Positions 9,125-17,625 of a DNA stretch of 24,000 nucleotides are shown here, piece by piece. The position numbers were made by a program, and so were the translations under genes. The notes beneath the pieces are model-generated. The model was not told the DNA's origin. It saw nothing but the letters and a program-made list of their open reading frames with translations, and ran no database searches. Origin of the DNA: Domibacillus mangrovi. Its GTDB lineage: Bacteria > Bacillota > Bacilli > Bacillales > Domibacillaceae. Position 1 is the stretch's first letter. Every line of letters begins with the position of its first letter. The stretch is from positions 53,931 to 77,930 of the forward strand of contig NZ_MRWQ01000015.1 of the NCBI RefSeq assembly GCF_001906925.1, given 5' to 3'.

Positions 9125-9959
9125 CGTGGTAATACTCTTTGACAACGTGCATAAACTCACGAAGTCCAGATTCTTCTTGCAAATTGGCGAGCATACCGCG
9201 CAGGACGGGAAGGCGCGGTGATCCGCTTTTTAATTCTTGCTCAATGACGTCGAGTGAGATCAAAATATTTTCGTCTTTCCAGTCATTTTTCAATTGAGAC
9301 AGCCAGTCAAGGATCGTTTTGTCATTTAGTTTTTCTTTAAACAACTCATTCATGACAGCCGGATCAATGACAGGGTGAGCGCCCCTTTTTCTGAAGCCTG
9401 CTTCTATATCGTCCGCACAGTTTAAGAGGAATGTGGCAAACTCATGATAATCGATGTCCGCTTTGTCGATCATGAGGACATGAATAAACGAATGCTGAAT
9501 ACCTTGCAGTGCAGTAGATAAATCCCAGAAATACGGTTCGATTCTGTCACCGTAAATGGAGGTGAGCCCCTTTTTATAAAATCGATGCGTTTCCAGACGC
9601 ATGTTGAAAATAAAGGCTTCAATTTCATCGTTAAACGGAATGGCATTTTCACGTGCCTGCATAATGATAAATTCTTTATGATGATGAATTTCACGCACCT
9701 GGCATTCGATTTGCTTCAAAAATTTTTCCCGTGGCGTTAAATCTTCCTCTTCAATGACAGTCAATTTATCGTACATTAATTGAAAGTAATAATGCAAAAT
9801 GGCAAGCAACAGTGCTTCTTTTGATTTGAAATGCAAATAAAAGGCGCCTTTTGATATTCCGCACGTAGTCGCAATTTCTTGAACCGAGGTTGCGCTGAAT
9901 CCTTTTTCTGCAAATAATTTTATCGCTTGTTCAATGATGTGTTTGTCTTTTTCTTTCAT
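9117..9959 (-). CDS. TetR/AcrR-family transcriptional regulator with a long C-terminal domain
   Basis: N-terminal HTH IIEQAIKLFAEKGFSATSVQEIATTCGISKGAFYLHFKSKEALL. Preferred start is ATG 9959 (MKEKDK), 6 nt after GAGGTG. It is divergent from the RND gene across an operator-rich spacer. Confidence 0.85.
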   Translation of the reverse strand: MKEKDKHIIEQAIKLFAEKGFSATSVQEIATTCGISKGAFYLHFKSKEALLLAILHYYFQLMYDKLTVIEEEDLTPREKFLKQIECQVREIHHHKEFIIMQARENAIPFNDEIEAFIFNMRLETHRFYKKGLTSIYGDRIEPYFWDLSTALQGIQHSFIHVLMIDKADIDYHEFATFLLNCADDIEAGFRKRGAHPVIDPAVMNELFKEKLNDKTILDWLSQLKNDWKDENILISLDVIEQELKSGSPRLPVLRGMLANLQEESGLREFMHVVKEYYHVK

Positions 9960-9983
9960 GATGGTCACCTCATTTGTCTATTA

Positions 9984-9997
9984 TGACCCAATGGTCA
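9984..9997. promoter_or_regulatory. Operator copy 1, TGACC-CAAT-GGTCA
   Basis: Inverted repeat TGACC/GGTCA with a 4-bp spacer, lying in the tetR 5' region. An extra TGGTCA half-site sits at 9962-9967. Confidence 0.6.
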
Positions 9998-10019
9998 CTT
10001 TTTTGAAACAATTATTTCA

Positions 10020-10048
10020 TTGACGATTGACCAATTGGTCATATATAT
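10020..10048 (+). promoter_or_regulatory. Candidate sigma-A promoter of the RND gene
   Basis: TTGACG (10020-10025), a 17-nt spacer, then ATATAT/TATATT (10043-10049). Operator copy 2 fills the spacer. Confidence 0.5.
10028..10041. promoter_or_regulatory. Operator copy 2, perfect 14-bp palindrome TGACCAATTGGTCA
   Basis: Perfect palindrome between the -35 and -10 of the candidate RND promoter. Confidence 0.65.
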
Positions 10049-10060
10049 TTATAAAAAAAG

Positions 10061-10074
10061 TGACCGATTGGTCA
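10061..10074. promoter_or_regulatory. Operator copy 3, TGACC-GATT-GGTCA
   Basis: Same inverted repeat, immediately upstream of the RND RBS GAAGGAG (10075-10081). Confidence 0.6.
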
Positions 10075-10088
10075 GAAGGAGATTTTTC

Positions 10089-13000
10089 ATGAATGGCTTG
10101 ATTCATTTCGTTTTAAAAAACAAATTCGCTGTCTGGCTGATGACGATCATTATCACTGCTTCGGGTTTATATTCCGGGCTGTCGATGAAGCTCGAGACGA
10201 TTCCCAATATTACGCCGCCAATTGTGACGGTCATGACGGTGTATCCGGGTGCGACGCCGCAAGAAGTGGCGGACAGCGTCTCGGAACCGATTGAAAAACA
10301 GCTGCAAAATTTAAATGGAGTGAAAGTCGTCAGCTCGACGTCATATCAAAATGCGTCGTCTGTGCAGGTGGAATATACATTCTCAACCGATATGGAAAAA
10401 GCGGAGCAGGAAGCAACAGAAGCGCTTGCGAATGTGGATTTTCCTGAAAATGTGCAGGAGCCGGACGTTTCTCGCTTGAGCATTAACGCATTTCCGGTCA
10501 TGTCGCTCAGTCTTTCTGATAAAAACTTGACGCTGCCGGAACTGACTGCGACAGTGGAAGAAGAGATTTTACCGGAAATTGAAGGTGTAGATGGAGTGGC
10601 ATCGGTTCAAATTTCTGGTCAGCAGGTGGAAGAAGCGACGCTCGTCTTTAACGAAGAGAAATTGGTGGAGCTTCAATTAGATGAAGAAACGGTCAAGCAA
10701 ATGATTCAAGCGTCCAATATGAAGGCACCGCTCGGATTATTTACGTTTGGCGATACAGAAAAATCGGTAATGATTGATGGCAATCTTTCGACGCTGGATG
10801 ATTTGAAGAATATGCAAATTGGCCCGGTGAAGCTGTCTGATCTTGCGGACATTGAATTTGTCGGGAAAGCAGAATCGATTTCACGAACGAACGGTCAAGA
10901 ATCGATCGGTTTGCAAATTGTGAAGTCAGCTGACGCGAATACGGTAGATGTTGTCAATGCTGTGAAAGAGAAGGTTACAGAATTTGAAGCAGATATAGAA
11001 GGACTGACGGTTACATCGACATTTGACCAAGGTGCGCCAATTGAAGAGTCGGTGAAGACGATGTTAAGTAAAGCATTGTTTGGGGCGTTGTTTGCCGTCA
11101 TTATCATTATGCTGTTTTTACGTGATGTGCGTTCGACGGTGATCTCGGTTATTTCGATACCCATGTCGATTTTAATTGCGCTCATTTTGTTGAAACAGAT
11201 GGATATTACGTTAAATGTGATGACGCTCGGTGCGATGACGGTGGCGATTGGCCGCGTGATTGATGATTCGATTGTGGTCGTAGAAAATATTTATAGAAGG
11301 CTGTCGCTTGAAGAGGAAGTATTGCGGGGCAAGGAACTGATCCGGGAAGCGACGAAAGAAATGTTTGTGCCGATTCTGTCGTCTACCGTTGTGACGATCG
11401 CGGTATTTTTGCCGCTCGGCCTCGTTGAAGGGACGGTCGGAGAGTTATTCTTGCCGTTTGCGTTAACGGTTGTGTTTGCACTTTTGGCATCGCTTTTGGT
11501 GGCGGTAACGATTGTGCCGATGCTTGCGCATACGATGTTTAAGCGTGGGGTTAAAGCGAAGACACATGAAGAGAAGCCGGGGAAACTGGCCGCATGGTAT
11601 AAATCGGTGTTGAACTGGACATTGAATCATAAAATCATCACGTTTTTAGCGGCGATTTTGCTGCTAGCAGGAAGTTTTCTGCTTGTGCCGAAAATCGGCG
11701 TCAGCTTTTTGCCAGGTGAAGAAGAGAAAATGGTCATCGTGACGTATTCGCCGGAACCAGGGCAGACGCTTGAGGAAGTGGCGAATATTTCAACGGATGC
11801 AGAAAGCTATTTTATGGATATTGAGGATGTTGAGACGGTTCAGTATTCAGTCGGCAGTGAAAATCCGATGAGTCCAGGCCAATCGAACAGTGCGATGTTC
11901 TATGTGATGTATAATGAGGAAACAGAGAATTTTAGTGCGAAAAAAGAAGAAGCCATCGCTAATTTGCAGGCGAGTGTTGAGAAAGGCGAGTGGGCGTCGC
12001 AAGACTTTTCGGCAAGTGCCGGCAGCAACGCGATTGCGGTGAATGTATACGGCGAAACGGTGGAAGATATTGAGCCAGTTGCTGATGAAATTGAAGCGAT
12101 TATGAAGGATAGCGGGTCGTTTAAAAAGGTCGAAACGGGGCTAGCTGATTCGTATGAGGAGTATACACTCGTTGCCGATCAAGAAAAACTGGCCGCAGCG
12201 GGCTTAACAGCGGGTCAAATTGCAATGGAACTAAGTCCTATGCGTGAACGTCCCGTATTGACGACCATTGAAAAAGATGGCAAGGACGTCAATGTGTATT
12301 TAGATGTACCAGTGGAGACATATGAAACAATTGAAGATTTAACAGGGAAAGAAGTAACATCACCGCTTGGCACATTTGTTGTGATCTCGGATGTAATGAC
12401 GGTGGAAGAAGGCAAGACGTCTGATACGGTATCGCGCCGTGATGGAAAAGTGTTTGTTGATGTGAGCGGTGAGCTTAAAGGCGATGATGTATCGGCCGCG
12501 TCTGCTAATATACAGGCGGAACTTGAAGCGCTTGATTTGCCATCTGGTGTAGACGTATCAATGGGCGGTGTAACGCAGGATATTAATGAATCTTTTACAC
12601 AGCTTGGCTTGGCAATGCTGGCTGCTGTCGCGATTGTGTATCTCGTTCTTGTGATCACATTTGGCGGAGGACTTGCACCGCTGGCGATTTTGTTCTCCCT
12701 TCCGTTTACCGTTATTGGTGCACTTGTCGCATTGTTGATTGCAGATGAAACGATCAGTATTTCGTCCATGATTGGTGCCTTAATGCTGATCGGAATTGTC
12801 GTGACGAACGCGATTGTGTTGATCGACCGAGTTATTCGTAAAGAAAAAGAAGGATTGCCTGTGCGTGAGGCATTGCTTGAAGCGGGAGCGACACGATTGC
12901 GGCCGATCTTAATGACGGCGCTTGCGACAATCGGGGCCCTGTTCCCACTTGCTTTAGGACTTGAAGGCGGCGGATTGATTTCAAAAGGATTAGGCGTTAC

Positions 13001-13097
13001 GGTTATCGGTGGATTGACGAGTTCAACGTTACTCACACTTGTGATTGTTCCGATTGTGTATGAAACGTTGTCGAAATGGATGCGGAAAAAAGCATAG
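10089..13097 (+). CDS. RND-superfamily efflux transporter permease (AcrB/SwrC-like, 12 TM with two large extracytoplasmic loops)
   Basis: About 1000 aa. It has the typical RND layout and blocks such as AIGRVIDDSIVVVENI and LIGIVVTNAIVLIDR. Preferred start is ATG 10089 (MNGLIHF), after GAAGGAG. The track start 10020 lies in the promoter. Confidence 0.88.
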   Translation: MNGLIHFVLKNKFAVWLMTIIITASGLYSGLSMKLETIPNITPPIVTVMTVYPGATPQEVADSVSEPIEKQLQNLNGVKVVSSTSYQNASSVQVEYTFSTDMEKAEQEATEALANVDFPENVQEPDVSRLSINAFPVMSLSLSDKNLTLPELTATVEEEILPEIEGVDGVASVQISGQQVEEATLVFNEEKLVELQLDEETVKQMIQASNMKAPLGLFTFGDTEKSVMIDGNLSTLDDLKNMQIGPVKLSDLADIEFVGKAESISRTNGQESIGLQIVKSADANTVDVVNAVKEKVTEFEADIEGLTVTSTFDQGAPIEESVKTMLSKALFGALFAVIIIMLFLRDVRSTVISVISIPMSILIALILLKQMDITLNVMTLGAMTVAIGRVIDDSIVVVENIYRRLSLEEEVLRGKELIREATKEMFVPILSSTVVTIAVFLPLGLVEGTVGELFLPFALTVVFALLASLLVAVTIVPMLAHTMFKRGVKAKTHEEKPGKLAAWYKSVLNWTLNHKIITFLAAILLLAGSFLLVPKIGVSFLPGEEEKMVIVTYSPEPGQTLEEVANISTDAESYFMDIEDVETVQYSVGSENPMSPGQSNSAMFYVMYNEETENFSAKKEEAIANLQASVEKGEWASQDFSASAGSNAIAVNVYGETVEDIEPVADEIEAIMKDSGSFKKVETGLADSYEEYTLVADQEKLAAAGLTAGQIAMELSPMRERPVLTTIEKDGKDVNVYLDVPVETYETIEDLTGKEVTSPLGTFVVISDVMTVEEGKTSDTVSRRDGKVFVDVSGELKGDDVSAASANIQAELEALDLPSGVDVSMGGVTQDINESFTQLGLAMLAAVAIVYLVLVITFGGGLAPLAILFSLPFTVIGALVALLIADETISISSMIGALMLIGIVVTNAIVLIDRVIRKEKEGLPVREALLEAGATRLRPILMTALATIGALFPLALGLEGGGLISKGLGVTVIGGLTSSTLLTLVIVPIVYETLSKWMRKKA

Positions 13098-13107
13098 TTT
13101 CAGTTAC

Positions 13108-13139
13108 AGGCAGTCTTTCAATGGAGAGGCTGCCTTTTC
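13108..13139 (+). terminator. Terminator of the RND gene
   Basis: AGGCAGTCT (13108-13116) pairs with AGAGGCTGCCT (13125-13135, GG bulge), then TTTT. Confidence 0.55.
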
Positions 13140-13189
13140 TGTAGGGTTATATGCGAATTTAAGGAAGGATCGAGCGGCATGGCATATAA

Positions 13190-13225
13190 AAAAGGATGCC
13201 CTGGGCTAAAATAGGGCATCCTTTT
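13190..13225. terminator. Strong bidirectional terminator
   Basis: AAAAGGATGCCCT (13190-13202) pairs perfectly with AGGGCATCCTTTT (13213-13225), flanked by A and T runs. Confidence 0.75.
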
Positions 13226-13315
13226 TTATAATGAATGGTGATCTTTTGATATGCCGATTCGTTCTTTTACTTCGCCTTTGATTTTGTCACCAAGTTTCTT
13301 TTTATCATGAGCCAT
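13226..13315 (-). CDS. Possible 29-aa ORF with a CsbD-like KxKGxxKExxG motif (MAHDKKKLGDKIKGEVKERIGISKDHHSL)
   Basis: Below the track's size cutoff. Its stop abuts the 13190-13225 terminator. KIKGEVKERIG resembles the CsbD-family repeat, but the RBS is weak (AAAGAAG 13 nt upstream) and it is only half the usual family length. Confidence 0.3.
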   Translation of the reverse strand: MAHDKKKLGDKIKGEVKERIGISKDHHSL

Positions 13316-13373
13316 GTGGCTAAACAACTTCTTTTATTTTTGTATAGTTGATGTTTACCCGGCTCACAATCAG

Positions 13374-14564
13374 TTAAACATGATCATCATTTTCAACGAT
13401 GGCGTAGCGGTCGGTTTCTTTTTCAGAAAATCGGTTATACCGTTGTTTGTAAAGGGCAAACAAGTATTGAATCAATACTTTGATGAGCGCGTATGTTGGC
13501 AGACCGATAAGTACCCCAACGACGCCATATAAATGGGCAGCTGTCAGTAAGACGAAAATGATCGTAACCGGATGAATTTGGAGTGATTTCCCCATAATTT
13601 GAGGAGAAATCAATTTACCTTCAAGTAACTGTACGATCGTCCAAACGATGACGAGTTTAAGCACCATAAATGGTGATGTGACGATGGCAATGATGATTGC
13701 TGGTGTGATCGCGATGACCGGCCCAAGATAGGGAACGATGCTCGTGACACTGGCGATTGCGGCAAGCAACAGGGCGTAATCCAAACCGATAATTAAAAAT
13801 CCGATGTACATCATAATCCCAATGCAAAGACTGACAAGCATTTGCCCTTGAATGTAGGAACGAAGCTGTTCATCCATTTCAATAAGCATCGCACCGGTAC
13901 GTCCGCGCATTTTTGGCGGCAATACGTGCAGGAGTCCTTTGTACAATTTAGTACCGTCTTTTAATAAATAAAACAAAATGAATGGAACGGTGACGAGCGA
14001 GACGACGAAATTAGTAAGCTTGGCAATTAAGCCTGTAACGCTGTCTAACGTCTGACCGGCGATATCGGAAAAGTTTTGCGTGAGTGAGCCGAGAAACTCT
14101 TCAGCGTTCGTCTGCATGTTCTTTGAAATCTCCATATACTGTGTTTCGAACGGTGAATTGCGTGCCCACATATCAATGTCCATGCCAAGCTGACGGGCAT
14201 ACCCAGGGAATGACGCGATTAACGCTTCTGTTTGATCCCGTAAAAAGGGAAGAATGGTTAACAAAAGTATCGTAATCAAGCCAGATAATACGATGAACAC
14301 AAGTAAAATGCCCCAGCCGCGTTTTATTTTATACCGCTGTAATCCATTAACGAGCGGGCTCAATAAATAGTAACCGACGATTGATAAAATAACGGGCAGG
14401 GCCACCGTCCCGATGAAACCGCTCAGCGGGTCAAAAATGAACGATATTTGGGAAAAAACCATAATAATAAGCCCAATTAACAGCACAATACTTAAAACGA
14501 AAATCGAGGTGCGTCCGCCTAAAAAGCGGACGAGCGGTGGCCGTTGCGGCTCGTTTTCTTTCAT
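13374..14564 (-). CDS. AI-2E family transporter (PerM/UPF0118-type permease)
   Basis: 396 aa, about 8 TM. The C-terminal block GKSLQIHPVTIIFVLLTAAHLYGVVGVLIGLP is typical of the family. RBS GAGGAG lies 8 nt upstream. Confidence 0.8.
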   Translation of the reverse strand: MKENEPQRPPLVRFLGGRTSIFVLSIVLLIGLIIMVFSQISFIFDPLSGFIGTVALPVILSIVGYYLLSPLVNGLQRYKIKRGWGILLVFIVLSGLITILLLTILPFLRDQTEALIASFPGYARQLGMDIDMWARNSPFETQYMEISKNMQTNAEEFLGSLTQNFSDIAGQTLDSVTGLIAKLTNFVVSLVTVPFILFYLLKDGTKLYKGLLHVLPPKMRGRTGAMLIEMDEQLRSYIQGQMLVSLCIGIMMYIGFLIIGLDYALLLAAIASVTSIVPYLGPVIAITPAIIIAIVTSPFMVLKLVIVWTIVQLLEGKLISPQIMGKSLQIHPVTIIFVLLTAAHLYGVVGVLIGLPTYALIKVLIQYLFALYKQRYNRFSEKETDRYAIVENDDHV

Positions 14565-14704
14565 GACGCCAACTCCTCATACTGTCTTTTATTAATTATA
14601 ACGCACTAACTTAAAAAACACGCATTTTCCGCATATCTGAAAAAACTATTTTTTAAGTTGATCATAAATTCTCTCTTATAATGAAGAAAAAGGGAGGTTA
14701 TCAC

Positions 14705-15511
14705 ATGAATATTGTCCTAATCATTGGCAGCGCGATGCTTGTGGCATTCGCTTACAATTTCTTTTTTATTCCACACGAAATTTTGAGCAGCGGTTTAAGT
14801 GGTATTGCGATAATGCTCGGTATTCTAACGCCGTTCAACACTGGTGTGCTGAACTTATTGCTCAATTTACCGCTTCTTATTCTTGGTATGATGAAACTGG
14901 GTAAAAGGTTCATTGCCTACACGATTTTGTCCGTCGTCACATTGTCGATCGGGCTCTATGTTGTGCCGGTCATCAAGCTTTCAAGCGAACCGATTTTGTC
15001 CTCTTTATTTGGCGGTGTACTGACCGGCCTAGGGGCAGGCATTACATTCCGTGCCTCGGCATCAACTGGCGGCTTGGATATTATCGCGATGCTATTAGCA
15101 CGGAAAAAAGACTTTCCACTCGGCTTATTATTGTCGATGATGAATGCTGTGATTATCGTGTTTGCTGGGTTTTTGTTTAGCTGGGACACAGCACTAAATA
15201 CACTGATTGGGATTTATGCGACAGGAAAAGTCGTTGACAGTATTCACACGAAACATATTAAACTGACACTTAACATTGTCACTTCTAAAGGAGATGATAT
15301 ATGTGAAAAGCTGCTTGCAAGTTTGTATCGCGGCATTACTGTAATGGATGCAAAAGGGGCGTACTCCGGGGAAAAGCGGATGATGCTCATGACGGTTATT
15401 ACACGTTATCAACTAAATGAGGTCAAGCAAATCATTCACGATGTGGACCCGACTGCGTTTGTGAACATTACGCAAACCGTCGAAGTGGTCGGATTGTTTC
15501 ACCGCGAATAA
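14705..15511 (+). CDS. YitT-family membrane protein with C-terminal DUF2179 domain
   Basis: The N-terminal AFAYNFFFIPHEILSSGLSGIAIML and a soluble C-terminal domain (GITVMDAKGAYSG...MTVITRYQL..VKQII...DP.AFV) fit the family. Preferred start is ATG 14705, after AGGGAGG. A possible promoter is TTAAGT-18-TATAAT, ending at 14682. Confidence 0.8.
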   Translation: MNIVLIIGSAMLVAFAYNFFFIPHEILSSGLSGIAIMLGILTPFNTGVLNLLLNLPLLILGMMKLGKRFIAYTILSVVTLSIGLYVVPVIKLSSEPILSSLFGGVLTGLGAGITFRASASTGGLDIIAMLLARKKDFPLGLLLSMMNAVIIVFAGFLFSWDTALNTLIGIYATGKVVDSIHTKHIKLTLNIVTSKGDDICEKLLASLYRGITVMDAKGAYSGEKRMMLMTVITRYQLNEVKQIIHDVDPTAFVNITQTVEVVGLFHRE

Positions 15512-15547
15512 GGAAAAAGCCGATCCATTTTGGATCGGCTTCGTTTG
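15512..15547. terminator. Bidirectional terminator
   Basis: AAGCCGATCCA (15517-15527) pairs perfectly with TGGATCGGCTT (15531-15541). An A run lies upstream and T-rich sequence downstream. Confidence 0.75.
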
Positions 15548-15549
15548 GA

Positions 15550-15762
15550 TTACAGGATGTCTGTGACTTCGAGGTCGATCAAAATTGCTTTTTTGGCAGA
15601 AAGAAATGGTCCGGTTTCCGCAATGAACGCGCTGGACGCAATGATCGCATCTATTGCCTGCTAAACGGTTACAGCATTGACCGGTTCGATCGGTGCATCA
15701 ATCGTGAGGCTTGCGCTTCCGCCTTCTAAAGCGTTGAATTGCAGCTGTACTGTTTTAGCCAT
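15550..15762 (-). pseudogene. DUF2922-like small protein gene with an in-frame TAG
   Basis: Hand translation from ATG 15762 (RBS AAGGGGGA 8 nt upstream) gives MAKTVQLQFNALEGGSASLTIDAPIEPVNAVTV*QAIDAIIASSAFIAETGPFLSAKKAILIDLEVTDIL*. The TAG is at 15661-15663 and the frame otherwise stays open for 70 codons. The pattern matches the roughly 70-aa DUF2922 family as I recall it. Confidence 0.6.
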
Positions 15763-15843
15763 ACTGAAAGTCCCCCTTTCTCCTTGTTGTGTACAGTGAA
15801 CGTGTAAAAATTGAAACTAAATTTGAGTCACTTCTTTCCTCGT

Positions 15844-15871
15844 AAAAAAACCGTAAAGCGACGCTTCACGG
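15844..15871 (-). terminator. Terminator of the GGDEF gene, overlapping its stop codon
   Basis: On the minus strand, CCGTGAAGC pairs with GCTTTACGG (one G-U), followed by T7 (plus-strand A run 15844-15850). Confidence 0.65.
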
Positions 15872-16846
15872 AATCATGGATTCATATATAGTTGTCTGAG
15901 CACGGCCATTCCGTTTCGATTGATACAGGGCTTGATCTGCTTGCTGAATGAGCAGTTCGGGTTTTTGATCGGAGCGAGGCCATATCGTGGCGGTACCAAT
16001 GCTGACGGAAATAATTCCGTCTAGCGAATCTGCGTGTGGAATGCGTAAGTTTTTAACCGATTGCCGGAGGAGTTCGGCCAGTTCATAACTTTCACTAGGC
16101 ACGTCAGGTGGGATAATGATGGCCATTTCTTCACCTCCGTATCGGGCTGCAATAGCACCTGATGTTTTAACCGTATCCTCAATAGTCATCGCGATGAGTC
16201 GCAAAGCTTTGTCACCTGCATCATGTCCGTACCGGTCGTTATAACTTTTGAAAAAGTCGATATCGAGCAGTAAAAGTGAGAGTGCTTTTTCCTTTTGTGC
16301 GGATTCTATAAAGGATTGTTCGAGCGTTTCATCGAAATAACGGCGGTTGCCGATACCAGTTAAACTGTCGGTAAACGAAAGCTGCTTTAGTTTTTCATTC
16401 GCTAGCTGTAGTTTTTTTTCGGCCTGCTGCCTGAGGGAAAATTCTTGATCAAGTGAACGTGCCATTTCGTTGTAGGCATTGTACAAGGCTTTAAATTCAT
16501 CGAGCGATTCATCAAGTACTTGATCGGAAATGCGATGATTGTAATCGCCAAGCCGCAGGATGACCGTTCCTTCAAGTAGTTTATCAATCGGGAAAATAAT
16601 TTGCTTCATGAGAAGCCGGATTACGACGAAGGCAATAAGAAAAACGAACAATAAAATCCAGCCGATCATAAACAACGAGCGCCAAAATTCAGTATTCATT
16701 TCCTGTTCACGCTCGTCATACACAAATACAGCGAGGGGGATCACCGCCAACACGCCACCGATTAACAGCAAAAAGACAGTGCTTACTAAAAACTGGCCAC
16801 GAATCGTATGGAATGACCAGTAATGAAACCGCCTTAACAGCTTCAT
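15866..16846 (-). CDS. Membrane-anchored diguanylate cyclase (2 TM, linker, GGDEF domain with GGEEM motif)
   Basis: DSLTGIGNRRYFDE, LLLLDIDFFKSYNDRYGHDAGD and RYGGEEMAIII are canonical GGDEF-domain blocks. RBS AAAGGAGGG. Confidence 0.85.
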   Translation of the reverse strand: MKLLRRFHYWSFHTIRGQFLVSTVFLLLIGGVLAVIPLAVFVYDEREQEMNTEFWRSLFMIGWILLFVFLIAFVVIRLLMKQIIFPIDKLLEGTVILRLGDYNHRISDQVLDESLDEFKALYNAYNEMARSLDQEFSLRQQAEKKLQLANEKLKQLSFTDSLTGIGNRRYFDETLEQSFIESAQKEKALSLLLLDIDFFKSYNDRYGHDAGDKALRLIAMTIEDTVKTSGAIAARYGGEEMAIIIPPDVPSESYELAELLRQSVKNLRIPHADSLDGIISVSIGTATIWPRSDQKPELLIQQADQALYQSKRNGRAQTTIYESMIP

Positions 16847-16870
16847 TTTTACCCTCCTTTGCTGCTTATT

Positions 16871-17499
16871 TTACCAGACCTTGCAGAAAGAATTGGCTTA
16901 AACGAAGCGATTATCCTGCAACAACTTCATTATTGGATGAAAAAAAGCGTCACTTCATTGAAGGGAAAAGCTAGGGGTATAACACGTATGAAGGTTTGTG
17001 GAAACAATTTCTATTTTGATCAGTGACGACGATTCGCCGCACGTTAAAAGGACTTGAGAAACAACGCTTACTGCTTACAGACAAATTTAGCGTAATGGCA
17101 TTTGACTGAACGAAATGGTATACGATTGATTATGAGATGATGGAATCGCTGTTGAGCCCAAGTGATCACGGTGACAGGTTGAACATGTCTGATCAGACAG
17201 CCGATATGACGTTATTGGCCACACCTATAACAGAGAGTAACAAACAAAAGACTTCAACAGAAGATGATTCTTTATCGGAACGGGAAATGTTTGAGAAAAC
17301 ACTTGGGAAAGAACGTGTCACAGAAGCGATGGAACCTGCTAGGGCGAAAGAGAATGACAAATCGAAAAAAACAGCCGGGAAAGAGATGCTCCCAGACTGG
17401 TTTAAATAAGAAGAGACAGTCATTGAATGTGACGATGATTTTGAAAAAGACCGCATGTCTTTTTTAGCGGAGCTCTTCGGCGCCAAGGAAATAACATAA
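16871..17499 (+). pseudogene. Decayed, 5'-truncated mobile-element-type HTH protein gene (family assignment tentative)
   Basis: Frame 2 reads LPDLAERIGLNEAIILQQLHYWMKK. A -1 shift in the A7 run (16940-16946) continues in frame 1 as RHFIEGKS*GYNTYEGLWKQFLF*SVTTIRRTLKGLEKQRLLLTDKFSVMAFD*TKWYTIDYEMMESLL...PDWFK*EETVIECDDDFEKDRMSFLAELFGAKEIT*. In-frame stops lie at 16972, 17017, 17107 and 17407. No start codon or RBS is present, and the left end abuts the GGDEF gene's RBS. Confidence 0.65.
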
Positions 17500-17538
17500 A
17501 TCTTTTCTATGAATCTACTCTAAGAAAAATGAGCGGCT

Positions 17539-17573
17539 GAAAAAGAAAACAGAGAGCCATAATGACTCTCTGT
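17539..17573 (-). terminator. Terminator of the second MCP gene
   Basis: ACAGAGAG (17549-17556) pairs with CTCTCTGT (17566-17573). On the minus strand it is followed by TTTCTTTTT. Confidence 0.6.
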
Positions 17574-17625
17574 CTCTACCTGTCTTTTGACGAAGTCTAT
17601 CAAACTTAGGGGAGTGACTGGCACC

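Noticed and set aside
12215-13036. A 273-aa antisense ORF inside the RND gene, plus a 96-aa one at 10895-11185
   Set aside because: They are low-complexity Ser/Thr/Pro/Ile-rich translations with no RBS, lying opposite a strongly supported RND coding frame. This is the typical shadow ORF of a GC3-biased gene.
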